Origin: Raillietiella orientalis
Lineage: Eukaryota
Assembly: GCA_036172245.1 (NCBI GenBank)
Contig: JAYWIR010000025.1
Coordinates: 2,232,001-2,296,000 of the forward strand
DNA: 64,000 bases
Reading direction: 5' to 3'
Shown here in pieces: positions 12,331-25,639 of this stretch. Each line of letters begins with the position of its first letter. Positions within the stretch are counted from its first letter, which is position 1. Under the pieces are notes generated by a model. It saw nothing but the letters and a program-made list of their open reading frames with translations. It was not told the origin of the DNA and searched no databases. Position numbers and translations under genes: made by a program.

Positions 12331-14229
12331 GACCACCACCCGGGAGGTGCCCATAGCGTGGGGCGGGCCGCGTTCCCAACGGTTTCTCCTCCCCTTCAAG
12401 CCAGGAGGAGGACAGCCCGTGGCTCGCAGAAACCCGTCCAGTGGTTCAGAGGAACGCGGAGCGGCGGCGGCGTCTATTTCCTCCTCGGTGAGCGGTCCTT
12501 TTGGGAGGCGGAGGAGTCTACGCTTAACTTGCAGGCTGACAATCGGTCGGCAAGAGGATGCTCCCAGAGGTGGTCAGCCACCTCGGGACGTGGAGGCTCG
12601 AGGGTGGGCACCTCGGGGCCTCAGGAAGGCAGAAGAGTTGCAAAGGTTCCCTGCAGCAAGAGCAGGGGGAGAGGAAGGAAGGGAAGGAGAACCCCTCTTT
12701 CGCTGGAGGCGAACCTCGGCTTCCGCCCAAGGGCCCGCGCTGCACCGGCCGCTCTCCGGTGCTTGGGAGGAACGACACCGCACAGTGGGGATGCGGCTGC
12801 TCTTATCCGTAATCCGAGACAGGGACCCCTGGGAGCGAGCAAAAATCCTCCCCGACCCCTGGGAAGGGGATCGGGATCGGGTGAGCCCCGCGCGCTGCGG
12901 AGGATCGTGCGGAGGGGCCGACGAAGGTCGACGGGATTGAGAGGGAGCTCGACGTGCCCTCTGGAGGGTTCTCCGGAAGAAGAATCGATGCTGGACGGTC
13001 AGAGGGTGGTCTCTACGGAAGGAGAGGAGCCGTGGCTGCGGCCCGAAGCCGCTCCTCCTCTCACGCGGCGCTGCCTGCCGTTCTGCTTGCGAAGGTCGCC
13101 GATGGCGGCGCCACAAATCCCCGGCATTTGCCGCTGCTGCCGAAGAAGGAATTTGCGCTGGCATTGGACGGCGCTCCTGCCACGAAGGCTGCGCTTTCAT
13201 CTCCTTCCCCTCATCCCCCATTTACTGGTCCCGAGCCGCGACAGAGCCCTTTCGAGAAAACCAGAAGGTCGGCGGGAGAGAACGGGGGTGGGGAAATTTC
13301 GAGCACCACATCTGACTCTTCCTCTTACTCCGCTGCTGCCATCTCTGCTCCCGCCTCGCTGAGAAGCCCAGAAGGCTTCTGCCGACTCCTGCGCCCGAAA
13401 CGATGAAGCTTCCTTTCCCGAAGGGCTTCCCGGGGCAGCTCTCCTCAGGGAACCAGGACGCCCCCTTCTTCCCTTTGGTGGCACAAGAAGGGATTCCCCG
13501 GTCCTCCTCAGGGTCTCTTCCGTCCCCAGCCTCCTGCCGCAGACTGAAGAGGCGTTCTGGCTGGTCCAACCGGGATGCGAGAACGGGGCTGTAGAGCACC
13601 GCCCTCCAGAGCGACCGCCTACTCTCTTCCTTTGGGAGAAGCTGCGCATCCCCCCTCAGCAGCATCTCGGGCTTTCGGAAATATCTTACGCGACCCTCAG
13701 CTTGCGCACGCAGGCTCGTTCCACCCGAAAAGGAGTGCCGTACCGTCGAGGTCAACCCACGGGAACAGGAGAGTCACAAGGACCCTCCCAGCTTCAGAAT
13801 GGGGGGTAAGGCATACTGGCTGCCAGGAGAGCGGCAGGTCAGCTGCTCCGATGGCAGAAACGGATCCGTTCTAGGGAAACCCTGCGACACCACTCGGGGG
13901 CAGGGACGATATCCTGCAGTTCCCCATTTCTTTCCTGCATCTCCCCTTTCCGGCCGGCGAGCGGCTTCCAAGCTGAGATACCGGCGTCGTCTGCCCGCCG
14001 GTCACCTTCGCGACCGCTGGGAAAGGAGTGGCTGCGGGTCACCCTCCGGCGAGCGAGAAACTAGAGGACTGACCCTCGCAAGGGATGCGCTGGAAGATCC
14101 ACAAACGAAATTTGCCTGAGTGGACGTGGGGTGTGTATGCAGGCGAGCATACACGTGGACGGCCGCACACACGAACACACTGTGCAAGCACAGACGTGCG
14201 AATGCACGTACATGATGTGCATGCGCAGG

Positions 14230-14480
14230 AGCATCAAGATGAGCATCCATGTCCACGTATTCCCGTCCACTCCAACGTTCCCGTTCACATCTACATCCAC
14301 ATTCAGATTCACATTCACATCCACATCCATGTCCAGATTCTCATTCGCACACAAATTCTCATTCACATCCACATTTCCATTAGAAATCCCATCCACATTC
14401 TCATTCTCATTCACATTCCCATATACGTTCAAGTTCTTATCCACATACACATCCTCATCCACATTCATTCATCTGCACTT
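14230..14480. repeat. Degenerate hexanucleotide tandem repeat (ATCCAC/ATTCAC)n
   Basis: Visible 6-bp periodicity (cattcacatccacattc...). It produces spurious IH-, TFTS- and NVDV-rich ORFs. Confidence 0.85.
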
Positions 14481-14519
14481 ATGCATACTTCTACTCATCT
14501 ACTTGCAAGTGGACCGAAG

Positions 14520-15310
14520 TGCGCAAGAGCCACTGTAGCAGCTCTAAGCATGGCAATTCGCTTCTCATGGTGGACGAGGCGACATGAGCGCTTCCTCGTG
14601 TTGCTCGCGGGCAGTACGGACAAGAGGTTATCCTTCGCCTGCTTCGTCTACCACCGCATCTTCGTGGACTCTGAGAATCGCGCCGCTTCCCCGCTGAAAA
14701 TCGGGGTCGAGTTCTGAAGGCTCGGGAGGAAAGGTCGGTTCGCGCGGGCGTGCGCAGGTCAGAGTCTTGCAACTAACCCACGCTGAGGCATAGGGCGGGC
14801 CTTTCGCGCACCCTCTCGTCTTCTCCCCTTTCCACTAGGATCCCGATGCTGGGCGTCGGAGGATGTGAGGGCCATCTTTCCTTGCCTCTGCAATCGAGGA
14901 TGTGCGTCCGCTGGCGACAGGAAGAGCGGCTGCGAGACGCCGGACGGTGAGTCCTGAGCTCTGGACCACCGGTCTTGGTCCTAGAGGAGGACCCATGATG
15001 GATAGGCTTGAGGTCGCTTCCAAAGAGCAGCCTGCAGCCTGGCTGCTACCGGCGACCTGGAACCGCCGAGCGCCAAAGAGGGACATCCCTCCTGGTCCGC
15101 AGGAAGCCGGAAAGGTCTCCTGCAGCCTCTTGCGATCTTTCAGTCCCGACTCCGGCTTTGTGGTTCGTCCCTCCGAAGCACCGCTGTGCCTGTGGAAGGT
15201 GAGCTTCGTGCCTCTCCGTGCGTCCGACCGCGGCGGACTCTCCTGCCCGGTTTCGGCCGCCCCATCCGGATTCTGGGATGCGGTCGCATCGGGTGGGGCT
15301 TGCAGAGACG
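14520..15310 (+). pseudogene. Decayed M12B/ADAMTS-like metalloprotease copy
   Basis: MAIRF..ERFLVLLAG; GSRGRAQV; ELWTTG; PAAWLL; IPPG; RPTAADSP; GAC, in the expected order. Confidence 0.4.
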
Positions 15311-17229
15311 GCCGCTCACTCCCCTTACCATTCATTGGCAGAACTTCGGCTTCCGAGATGTCGCTGAAGGCGGATCTCGGTTCGACTCCCGCGGAGGAAG
15401 CCATCAGCTCCGAGCTACGTCGAGGGGAGAACGGACGCATGGTCGAACTGCGCGCCGCACCCCCGGAGGACCTCTCCTCACCTTCCCTCTCTCCCGAGGA
15501 GACAAGAGGAGGGGGAGGGCGGCTGACGTGTCGAGTCTGTCCCGGGAGTATGTCCCTCCCTCGCGCTGCCCCTCCGCATCGCGCGGCCGCCTCTGCTTCC
15601 GGCAGAAGGACCGCCACCCCATCGTGGTGCCACTCCTCCAAGAGCCAGTCCTTCTCCCAGGGGCCGCCCAGACGGCAGGCAGCCTCCCTTCTGTCCTCGG
15701 GCCCGCGCTGCTTCGGCCGCTTCCCGGCGCCTGGAAGGAACAAACATCCGCCCTGAGGATGCGGTCGTTTTTCCCCGTGATTTATTGCGGCGTTTCGTCT
15801 GGATGACTGGCCACTTGAGATTAACGGTCCACTTCTACCTTGAGGGTGCGTCGTTCAGTGTTTCCGTCCCGGTCACCATCTCTTTATCAATGGTGCAGGC
15901 TGAAGAGTTCCTCCTCCTTCCCCCGCCCTCCCCCTTTCGGAATTCCAATGTGCTATTGTTCTATTCCATCCTACCTTCTCCTTGCTCTCCCTGGCAACCG
16001 CCGACAGGCGAACGATCTTCACGTTCCGAAGAGTCCAGTGTTCCTTGCCTTGCGCGGCTGCCTCCCGTTTCTCCTTTCTTGGTCGCTTTGCGAGGATGGT
16101 CGCCGGTCCTCCTCCCAGAGCCGGTGGTGGCCACAACAGAGATCCTTGGGGGATATTCCCCGTTGCCAGCCCGACTCTTACCCAACCAGCCACTGCGCCT
16201 CCTCCAGACGTCCCCTCCGGGTCTTCGCCAAGGTCTCCTTTGCCACAAGCTCCCTCGCATCCTCACGTGGCGCGCACCGGGTCCAGGTAGCACGGCGGCG
16301 GCTTCCCTGCGACCCTCTCAGGGTCATTCCGTGAGCGCGTCCGTGAAACCCTTCTCCTCACCACCACCATCATCATCTTCCTCTCTTCTATATCCCTTCT
16401 CTTCCCCTTCTATGGTGCATTTATGGCATGTTGCCTTGTTCTTTCAGGTGCCCCTGCCTTGAAGCACCACCTCGTCCCTGCTACCTGTCTCCGATTTGAT
16501 CAGCTGGATCTGGAGCGTCGAAGGGTCCGAAACGAAAAGCCTACCCTTGAAGGCCACCCCTTTCTTCTCTCTTCCTCGCCTCCGGCTGATTCTTCCTGTT
16601 GCTGTTCCCTCCCTGGGGAACACTTGTCGGGCAGCTGGCTTTCTTGCAAAGAATCCCTTGGGAAACTCCTTCGCCCTCGAAATGCTGACCTTCCAGGCTC
16701 GCAGCCCTTCTCCCCTCCTACACTGTCACCGTCATGGCTATCCCTCTTTCTCCTCCCGGGAATCCTTGAGCCTCATAGGAGATGGTCCGCTCTTCTTCCT
16801 TCTCTTATGGATCGAATGGCGTCCATTGATCTTCCCCACCCGACTCTTCGGCGCTTCTTCTCCTCGCAAAAAAAAAAAAAGCTGGAAGAAAAAAATAGTG
16901 AAGACAGAAGAAAAAAAGAACCCAAAGGATTTCCATCATCCTCTCTTCCGTACGCTGCTCGTGAGTGTGCAGCGACAGTCAGCTTCCGGTTGCCTCCCTT
17001 CTTTGGTGGTGGACGCAGAGGAGAGGACCCAGAACACGCCTAACCTCTGCTGGAACTGCAATGGATGATTGCATGGCAAGTGAGGTACTCCGCGAGGTAC
17101 TCTCCTTCGGAAGGAAACCCTGCCGCAGCCGCCGCCCGCCCGCTGAAGACCATGCCGACCCTACTCGGAGGGCACTGCAGTACCTCGCACTAGAGGGAGA
17201 CACTGTTTCCTCGCACTCCACCTCAGAAC

Positions 17230-17990
17230 ACCGAAAAGCCCCTCTTTCTGATGAGGGCTTCGAGGTTCCAGCTCGCACATCGAGGAGCGGCCAAAGAGCT
17301 CTCGGAACCTCTGACCTCCATCTGGCAGTGCTTGATGCCATTTTCACCAGTTTTCCCCTCCCTCTCACCTCTGTGCCTCAACGGCGCAGAGAGAGACATC
17401 TGAACGCAGCTGTTTCCATCCGAGAAAAACTGTTGGAAGTCTTGAACCGTTGGGCAGTCGAATTCCTTGATCTTTTCTGTTGCCGAAGCTGAAAGAACAC
17501 CGAATCCTCTTGCCTTTCAGCTTCGCGAATGAGAGGAAAGCATGGAGCGAAGGTCAGGTGGTGTCGTGGCAACTACCTCCTTCAAGACGGAAGTCACTGG
17601 AAGGAGAACGGGCAGCCGCAGAGCAACGCTGCCATAGCCTCTCAGGAATCCCTTCGCGAAAGAGCTGATCGCTCGGTCCTCTCCACTCCCATTCCAATAA
17701 GGGACCTCCTGGAGTCTCTTCGACCACACTTTGGCGCAAACAGATTCTTGAGCCAACCACAGATCCTAAGGAGGCAGTAGCCACCGTCACGTACCCCCAC
17801 GGCTAGGCGAGCAAAGCCCCCTACGGCTCCGATGTTACTACGCCACCACTGCAGTCGGCATCACAGAGGCACCTCCGCAGCAGCCTCAGCAGCGCTCTGG
17901 GAACACCGTCTGCACACGTCGGCTTATTCCTGTAAACAACCCAGGAGACTGCTCCCTTTCGTATCCACTTTCCAGCGACGTGTCTCAAAA
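17230..17990 (+). mobile_element. LINE (I-group-like) RNase H / 3' region relic
   Basis: SDLHLAVLDAI (AEL.AI..AL); VVSWQLPPS...LEGERA (V.F.W.PSH.GI.GNE.AD); PIPIRDL; a GT...HVGLFL segment resembling GHT.LTH.YLL. Confidence 0.45.
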
Positions 17991-18479
17991 GGCGTGCCGC
18001 CTCAAAAGGAGACAACTCCACGTTCGTCCGCGGAAGAGCACCGGGCGTTTTAGACACCACTAGAACACCACGTATGATGGAAAAACGTTCCCATGAAGGC
18101 CACAAGGCAACACAATCCACAAACAGGGAGGGAGCGATTCTCGTTCTCCGCACCTGCTGCAGCTCGGGTTTACCTCTGTCCCTCTTCCACAGAGTCCATT
18201 GATATCAGCACAGGCATGCACGGGAGGCCCCAATGCGCAACAGCAGAAGCACCGACTCCTGTTACTTGACAGGGAGCGTGTGGGTGTTCCGGAACACTGG
18301 GGGCCACTCGAGGTCTTTCCGGGGAATTCCGAGAAGCTCGCCTCAACTCAAAGCCCTTGAGGTGTGGCACTTGGGATCGCAAAGTCTGTGAGCTGGACCG
18401 TGGTTCAACCACTTAGCGCTTTTCTTCTGGAGTCCAGTTTGCAAACGACCTCTCATCTTGCCAATCTGCTCCCTCAGGG

Positions 18480-21060
18480 AGGGCAGCCATCGGTATCAAT
18501 ATCGCTTCCTACTTCCCTTCCTTCAAGTCAACCTCGCCTCCATTGTCTGCTTCCGAGAACGACACGATCACCCTTTCCCACGCAATGTGGGATCGGATGA
18601 AAGGCGGGTTGGGAGTAAGAAGGAGGGAAGAAATGAGCGTAGACGGCAGGCAGGGAGTACCCGGAACCACACTGCTTAGGAATCCACATCTCTAGTCTCA
18701 TTGGGAGTTTGTTTAGCCATTCCGCATTCCTCCTTTCCTCTTCTTCCTCTTCCTCCTCCAAAGGTACCCTGGTCCTAAGGTGTCCTTCATGGTGGGCACT
18801 CTCCATCTCAAGTCTCCATGGAGGCGGTCTTCCACATTCGTTCGATGCGAGTTTTGGGGAAGAAGCGAAAGGTGTCGGAGGTCGGGGTCAGGGGAATGGA
18901 TTGTCTGGGCACAGATGCCGACGCTCTTAACCCGCCTTCCTCTGGAGTCCAAAGAGGCGACTGGCCGATGCGCTCGATGTCGACGGTCTCCGGACGGGGA
19001 AGGGACGGGGTGGTGAGGAGAGTCGTCTTGGGAGGTGACAGAAGCTGGGCGGTCATGATGACCGGCGGATACCCTGAGGGAGGGAAGGTCTCCAGTTCTT
19101 CAGGATGCTGCGGAGGAAGAAGAAGGTTGGGAACAGCAGCAGGGAGGGAGGGGAACAGAAAGAATGGGGGGAAGGTGGGTGGAGTGAGCGTCGCCAGAGC
19201 GAGCGAGGACCAGCCCCTCCCGGCACACCCCTTTTCCTTTCCCCCCGAAAGAAGGAAAAGCGTGGAAAGCAAGCGCGCAATTTTCGCTCCGGATGGAGAT
19301 GAAATCCCGCGTTTGACTGACTGCGTCGTCCCATCCAGGATGGAATTTTTAATCATCTCTGCCGTACGGGCCAGCTGTTACTCCGGAGACGCGCAGATTG
19401 CGCTTCCGGGATAAAAATGAGGAAATCCGGGACGCAGGACGCTCGGAGAGGAGAGGCGGGGAAAAAAGCAGGAAGAACGAGGTGAAGGAGGCGGACAGAG
19501 GGAAAGCTCAGGGGTCCTCTCCACTGGGGTGCAAGGGCGGGTGCAGGCGGACGGCAGCATACGTGCCCTCCTCCGCAAGCAGCACCGGAGGCTGCGCTGC
19601 TGCCGCCTCCAAGGAGCGCGCTTTCCGGGAGGGGCAAGGGTCAGAAGGAAGGAACGACCTGGCGGTCCGAGGGGACGCGTCAGGAGCAGCCTTTGGATCC
19701 TGCCCTCCGAATTCCTCTTCCCTTTCCTCTTCAAGGCGAATTCCCTCCTGAAAGGGGTGATGCACGCCTGGGGCAGTCCCAAGCCTCCTGGGAAGTCTCC
19801 GTCAGGACACGGCGATGACTTTTCCTCACAGAGGTGCGGAACCCAAGGTCGGGGCCGTCGAGACTCAGACGGGAACTTGCCGCTTCCCTCTTCCTTCCCT
19901 CCTCCCCTTCCGCTTCTCCCGGCTCCGCGGTCTAAGGATGAGAGGCCTCCGAAGTACGGCGAATTCCACCTCCTCCTCAGCGCCCCCCTTCGCCCCGCTC
20001 CTTCCCATTTGAGGCCAGTCCCCCGCACAAAATAGGAGCGGCAGAAAGGGGGAGGAATCAGGACGAGCGACTGCATCCTAGTAGCATCCCTGGACCATCT
20101 TTCCACGTTCCGTCCTGCATCCTTCTGGAGACTTCCTAGAGCGGCGCGTCATCTACCAGGTGCTCCAGAGCCTCCAAGGTTCCGAAAAAACTTTCCCCCG
20201 TCCGGGACGACTCTGGATCGTAGTCGATCAAGCACCACCAGGGAGTATTTCTTCCCGGAGCTTGGTCATCCCGGCTCCTTCTCCAGCCTCCACCCATCCT
20301 CCACGGATTCGTTCACGGGAGATGTTTCCTTGTAGACAGCTTTTGTCTCTGGAAGAGGCGGTAGGGAAGGGAGAGCGATGTTGTTTCAAAGGCTCTTGAC
20401 CCACTGTCCCATCTCCTATTCCGGGAGCGAGGGGTGGAGTCAGGTTCCTCCGAAGCTACGAGCGACCCGTCTCGGCACGATCCCCCCGGTCCTCCGCTTC
20501 CGGGACTTCCGGAAAACCTCTCGCGGGTCTCGGGCTGGAGGGTTCGCTCCTGGAAAGTCCCGTTTACTGGGACGCTCGGTCGCAACGTGAACGGCAGGTC
20601 CGTTTGCTGCGCAACCTTCAAGCGCTCGGAGTAGCGGCGCTTGGAATGCTTGAAGGACTCCCACAGCGTCGTCCCATACGAAGCGGGCACCCACGTGGAC
20701 GGGAGCAGGGAGGGAGGAAGAGGGACCGGCGCCTGCCACTCGTCGTCGTCGCCGCCTCAGATTCTCGTCACCGTCCCTTGATCCAGTGGATCCGTTCGCG
20801 GCTCCACGGATGCGTCCATAGCGGCGCCACGGAGCTGCAGAATCCTCCAACACCCAGGCGCCGTTCTCTTCCAGGGAGTGAGGGGGGGAGCGAGACGGGG
20901 AGTTCGCTCGGGGCGGTCCACCACCGCCGCCTCGTACACCTGCGGCTACGGAGATGCGGCAGGCTACCAAGGTCATGTTGCTGGGAGCTATCTACGAGCT
21001 GATCCTGGGTGAAGGCGTAGGGCCTGCACTGCGAGTTCGGCTTGGCGCGCCCTAAACCCG
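18480..21060 (-). mobile_element. Ty3/gypsy pol relic (RT end - RNase H - integrase)
   Basis: Minus strand in order: LRLHP; RRLGVGGFC; ASVEPRTDPL (IA.PLTDLL); FVWDDA / ESFKHSKRR / DLPFTL; ASRNLTP; LIDYD..RPG. Weaker integrase traces follow (RIERMWKT, GHLRTRVP, GDRVVL). Support is strongest at 20190-21060. Confidence 0.6.
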
Positions 21061-23084
21061 GGCAACGAGTGCGGAGGAGCTGCCGTCGTCCCACCTCCAG
21101 CGACAGAGTCAGAACCTCCGGCAACAGCAGCGGTGGTGCCTCACGTGTCTTTTCGCAGGGTAGTGCGGAAAGGAGAAGGTCAGCGAGGCTCCTAGCCTGC
21201 AGAAGGGGTCGTCATCGTTTATCTCACCGGCGCATCGGCAGGAATATGAGGCTCGGCTCTCATCGCCTCCGCGGCGGCAGCGCCCGGTTCCTCGTGTGAG
21301 TGGGGTCCTTCCTGGGCTGGTCGCGGACGATGATCAATCTCCGGCTACCCCCAGAGAAAGGGCAGGGAAAGGGGTAAGCTGCTTTTGCGATAGATGCATT
21401 TTCTCTCGGTGAATGGTTATGTGGTAAAACCACAGCATCAACATTAAAACAACTCACTCCCAACGACTCGCCCGCTTGGTGTGCTCTCAATCTCGGCTCG
21501 CCGCCACAATCTCAGGAGGCACGTTGTGTAGGAGGGACGAGGTCAACCCAAATAGGTGAGGTCGCTTGATGAGAAGCTGACAGCGCACGTTTTTAATTTC
21601 CATAAATGGACAATTTGCCTGGACTGCTCCATAGAGAGCGCGCGTGAGCACGCGAGGGAGCAGGGGAAAGATGGGGTGAGCAAGGGACGGGGGCCGGAGG
21701 TGTTCTCTCCTCGAACACCTGAAGGGCATCGCGCACACACCCCTTCCCATATCCCTGGAGAACTCCTCGAATACGAGGATCGCCGTCCCTGCTCTTCTCG
21801 TCCTCTGGAGGAAGAGAGAACAGCGAAAAGGAGAGGCCGCCCCAGGGGCCCAGCCGCAGCACGCACACTCGCGCGCTTTCCTCCAGCAGGAGGGAGGGAC
21901 GGGGAGATCAGGATGAAGTGGTGAGGGAGGGGCGCCTACGAAAGAACCGTTTACTTCCCTCACCCCGTGGTTCTCCTAGCATCCGCGGGGTTCTTCCCCT
22001 ATTGGTCCCGGACGAGCCAGGGTTGCGCGGACGCTTCCCGTTTCGAAGCACCACTGCTCCCCTCCTTCGGCCTCCCTGCCACTCCCTATCCCATAAAAAG
22101 CCGACCTTTCGTGGGGCCGTTTGGCTTCAAAGTGCCACCCTTGCGGGTGCCTCCTCTTCCTGTCCCCTCCCCAAGGGGTTTGCGAAGACTCTCGCAGGCT
22201 CACGAGAGTCCTTCTTCCCCCTTTTCCCCTATGACCCCCCCATACAGGAGTGCGATCTTGCGTGCCGCCTCCTGCACTGCTTCCTTCATCTCCCTCCCCC
22301 CCTCCTCTCCTTTTGGGGAGTCAAGGGAAGGGGTCGGATTGACTTTGACGATTAAGCGAATGTTGAGGGTTTTCAGGAAGCAAAGAGTCCCGAGCGCTCC
22401 GCGCGGGAGAGGGAGGGAGAGAAATTTGTATTCCATTGACTGGAGCTTATTGAGTCGGGAACAAAAGGAGGGAGCAGGGGGCGCCCCTTTGTTCGGGGGA
22501 GCCGGCCCGCCTGATGGATCGGACACCTTTTCAAGGTGAGGGCCTTTTCGTGGGGCGGGAAGACGCGCAGCCCTCATCAGACCACGCGGATTAATCGATC
22601 CGAGCCCGCGCGGGAAGGACAGGATGGAAATCTGGACGTGGAACTCCCATCTTCGCCTCCTCCTCTCCGCCATTTATTTTTTTGTCTTACCTCTCTCCCC
22701 CTCCCCTTCCTCTTTTTCCTTTCCTCCCATTCCGCGGGAAGGTCTGCCCGCCCGATCGCTGGCCGACCGCCCTTCTCGGGAAACCGAAAGGCACATCCCA
22801 GGAGGCGCCTACGAGGCCTCGCGGAGAGGCTCCTACCGGGAGGGACCGCCCGTGCTACGCCTCTTCCCTTCCCTTCAAGGACAGCCTCTCGCCCTCCTCT
22901 CCTCCCGCGCTGCCTCAGACACTGCCACCGCGACCCACAGCCCTGTCACCCTACCATAGACAGTGGACTTCGGGCTGAAGCTCCTTCCCTCCACGTTCCG
23001 AGTGGGAACCATGGAGAGACGGCACTCTTCCCGCCCCTAGGGTCCGCAGAGCGATTCGCGTGTGCTGGGGCCGCTGCTGCCCCT

Positions 23085-23215
23085 CCTTTAGTCTCTCTCC
23101 TCCCTTCCTTTCCTCCTCTCTTCCTTCCTCCTTTTTTCATCCTTTCCTCTTCCTCCCTTCCTTCCCTCTTCCTCCTCCTCTCTTTCCCCTCTTTTTCTTC
23201 CTCCTCCCTCCCTGC
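23085..23215. repeat. Polypyrimidine (CT-rich) low-complexity tract
   Basis: About 130 bp almost entirely C/T. Confidence 0.8.
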
Positions 23216-24879
23216 CTGTTGCGTCCGCGAAGGGCCTCGCATGTGCTGGAGCCGCCGTCTCTCATTCGTGGTCTTCCTCCTCCTTTTCCTGCCTCTGAAC
23301 CCTGCTGGGCGACCAGCGGTGGAGCGGCACGCAAGGGTCCTCCTTCTCTTCTTCCTCCTCCCCCCCTCACCGCTCTCTTCTCCCGCGACCCCTCCCCATC
23401 CGGCGGAACAAAGCGGGCCGGACCTGACCGGCCGAGGCGGGGCGATTTGCATTTCAAACGTCTGACGGCCTCGGCCGTAAAAAAAAGGAACCCTTGAAAA
23501 GGAGGGGAAGGAAAGGAGAGACCCTTATCGCGGGTATAGCAGGGGTATCCCCCCCCTCCCAATTCATCCTGGGGCGGGAGGGCGGCCGGGAAAGCTCGTC
23601 GCCCGCGGGACGCATGCCGGGCTGACCGGAAGTTCGCCTCTGAAACAGATGTCTTCGGTGATGCGCGCGACGCCAGTGGCGGCGGCCTCGCAGCGACCAT
23701 TAAAAGGTGGAAGCCGATTGTTGCGCCGCGTCCAGAAGTCAGAAAGGGACGGAAACGCGCGGGAGGAGGATAATGGGCGAGACTGAAAGACCCGGATTCT
23801 TCCTGTTTATTCATGGGAAACAACGAGGCGCGAGGAAGGGAAAGGAGGCAGGGCAGACTCCTGAGCTCGACTGCGTCCGCCTCCCCCACGCTTTCCCTTC
23901 GCGGACCAGCGGCAAGCCTTCCCGTGCATCTTCCCCCCTTCCTCCCCTGCCCTCATCCGGGCACAGTCGGGGAAGCCAAGCCGAAGCGACGCTCTGGGAG
24001 ACGCTCGCCGCTCCAGAGAGCCCCTGTGCCTCCGGAGAGGAAACCGGGCGAAGGTGGGGGGAGGGGGGAAGGAGGAGGAGGGGGTCGGGAGGTAGGGCGG
24101 GACACTCCGCGCGCTGCTCGATGTCCCGAGGGAGCCCCTCCGAGCGGGACGGGCGTCGGTCCCCCTTCGCCCGGGACGATGCTTCCGGTCGGTGGGCGCC
24201 TCCGACCGTCAGAGAGTCGCCTCCCCCCGCGATCTCGGTGACGAGGCGGGGCTGCCCGGACGGCGGCCGCACTCCGATGGAGCGCGCGTGCGCGCGGAGG
24301 CAGAGGCCGCCGCCCAGGCACGAAAGAAGCGACCACAACACGCTCCTGCGGGGGAAGGAGGACGAAGGGGAACGAGGGGGGGGGGGAATTAGGCGCAGCC
24401 GCGAGCGAGCTGTCGCCGCCGCCCATGCGAGTGCACGCGTCCGCGTGCGCCACACACGGACGGAAGGGGGGATGGGGAAGCTGCGTGCGTGAGTCTTTGT
24501 TTGTTTTTGAATCCATTTTGTACGGACGCGTCTGCAGGTGCGCGCACGTCGAGCCGGTGAATTCGCGCATGCGCTCGCTCGCGTGAGTGAGCTCAGTAGC
24601 GTTCCGCCTTTGCCTTTCCCCCCCTCCTCCTTCCCTGCCGGTGACCCCACGCTCCTCTTTCCGCGAGCGGAGGGAGGGGAGGGCGGTAAGCCCTCGCGCA
24701 CGTGCTGCCTCCGTAAAGCTGAGAAGCTCGCGATGCGGAGCATCCCTCAGAACGCATCACCGTCCACCCCTACCGCGCGCGCGTCCACAAGATGACCAGA
24801 GCGCAGTCACTTGAGCTCCGTGGGCTGCTCACTCTCTCGAGCCCTTGCCTTTCGCGACCTGCGCGGACCTCCTGCGAGG

Positions 24880-25420
24880 CCGATCCGCCATCGCTCATGA
24901 GCGGGAACCACTGCAGGGTGCTCGAGCGCGCGGGTGAAAAGGATGCCGCCCCCCTCTTCCCTCCCTTTTCCCCTCTTGGGATGGAGAGGACGAGCCACCC
25001 TCCCGCCGCTCGCGTCGCTTCCAGGATGGGAAGAAACGGCACCGTCGCGAGCCAGCCTGAGCAGGACGGGTTTGGAGCTCTCCCGGATGCCGCTTCCTGG
25101 AAAGTCGACTTTCCGCCAAAGGAGGCGCCGCCTGCCGAGGGCTCGATCGACACTCTGGGAGGAAGCAGGCACGGTGCTCACGAACGCCGGCCTCGCGGTG
25201 GCGTCATCCCGAACCCCGTCCGAAAGCTTCATTCCGCTCGAGGTCACCTGAGCAGAATGATGCTTTCAGGCGGGAAAAGACACCACTCGCCGTTCCTCGC
25301 CGCGGACCGAGCGAACAGAAGATGCTCCCTCGCCCAGGCTGCTGGGGGGAGGGAGAGTATGCCTTGCGTGGAGATCTGTCTGACTCTGAATCTGATAGAG
25401 AACCACCGCACAGCCTTTTA
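24880..25420 (+). pseudogene. Decayed M12B metalloprotease copy
   Basis: Single frame: GEKDAAPLF (GRDATPYL); GFGALPDA; SIDTLGGSRHGAHER (IEDTGGFSG..AAHE); RMM; NRRCSLAQ (SPCSVQQ); MPCV. Confidence 0.55.
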
Positions 25421-25639
25421 GTCCGGACTCTTTGGCTGGGAGCTTAGAAGGTTTAGAAGGGAGTTCCCTCTGGGTAAGGATCCCTGTCCGTTGCCGTAGT
25501 CGCGGTTTGGTGATCCCCAAGAAACCAGAAAATGCTGCGCACGTCGGAAGAGGAAGGAATGAATGAAGACTGCACCAGGGACGAATCCGAGAGGCTTCTC
25601 TCCGCGCCTTCCAAGCACTCGGCGTTCTCGAAAACGCCC

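Noticed and set aside
11611..13362. 583-aa ORF (also 34252-35829, 10367-11584 and other long ORFs) as real genes
   Set aside because: R/G/P/S-rich translations typical of stop-poor GC-rich DNA, with no coherent domain. They overlap relics in other frames or strands.
21500..21640. Minus-strand WKLKTCAVSFSS..TYLG / ALYGAVQA as a LINE or copia RT fragment
   Set aside because: Two incompatible weak readings over a very short stretch; unsupported.
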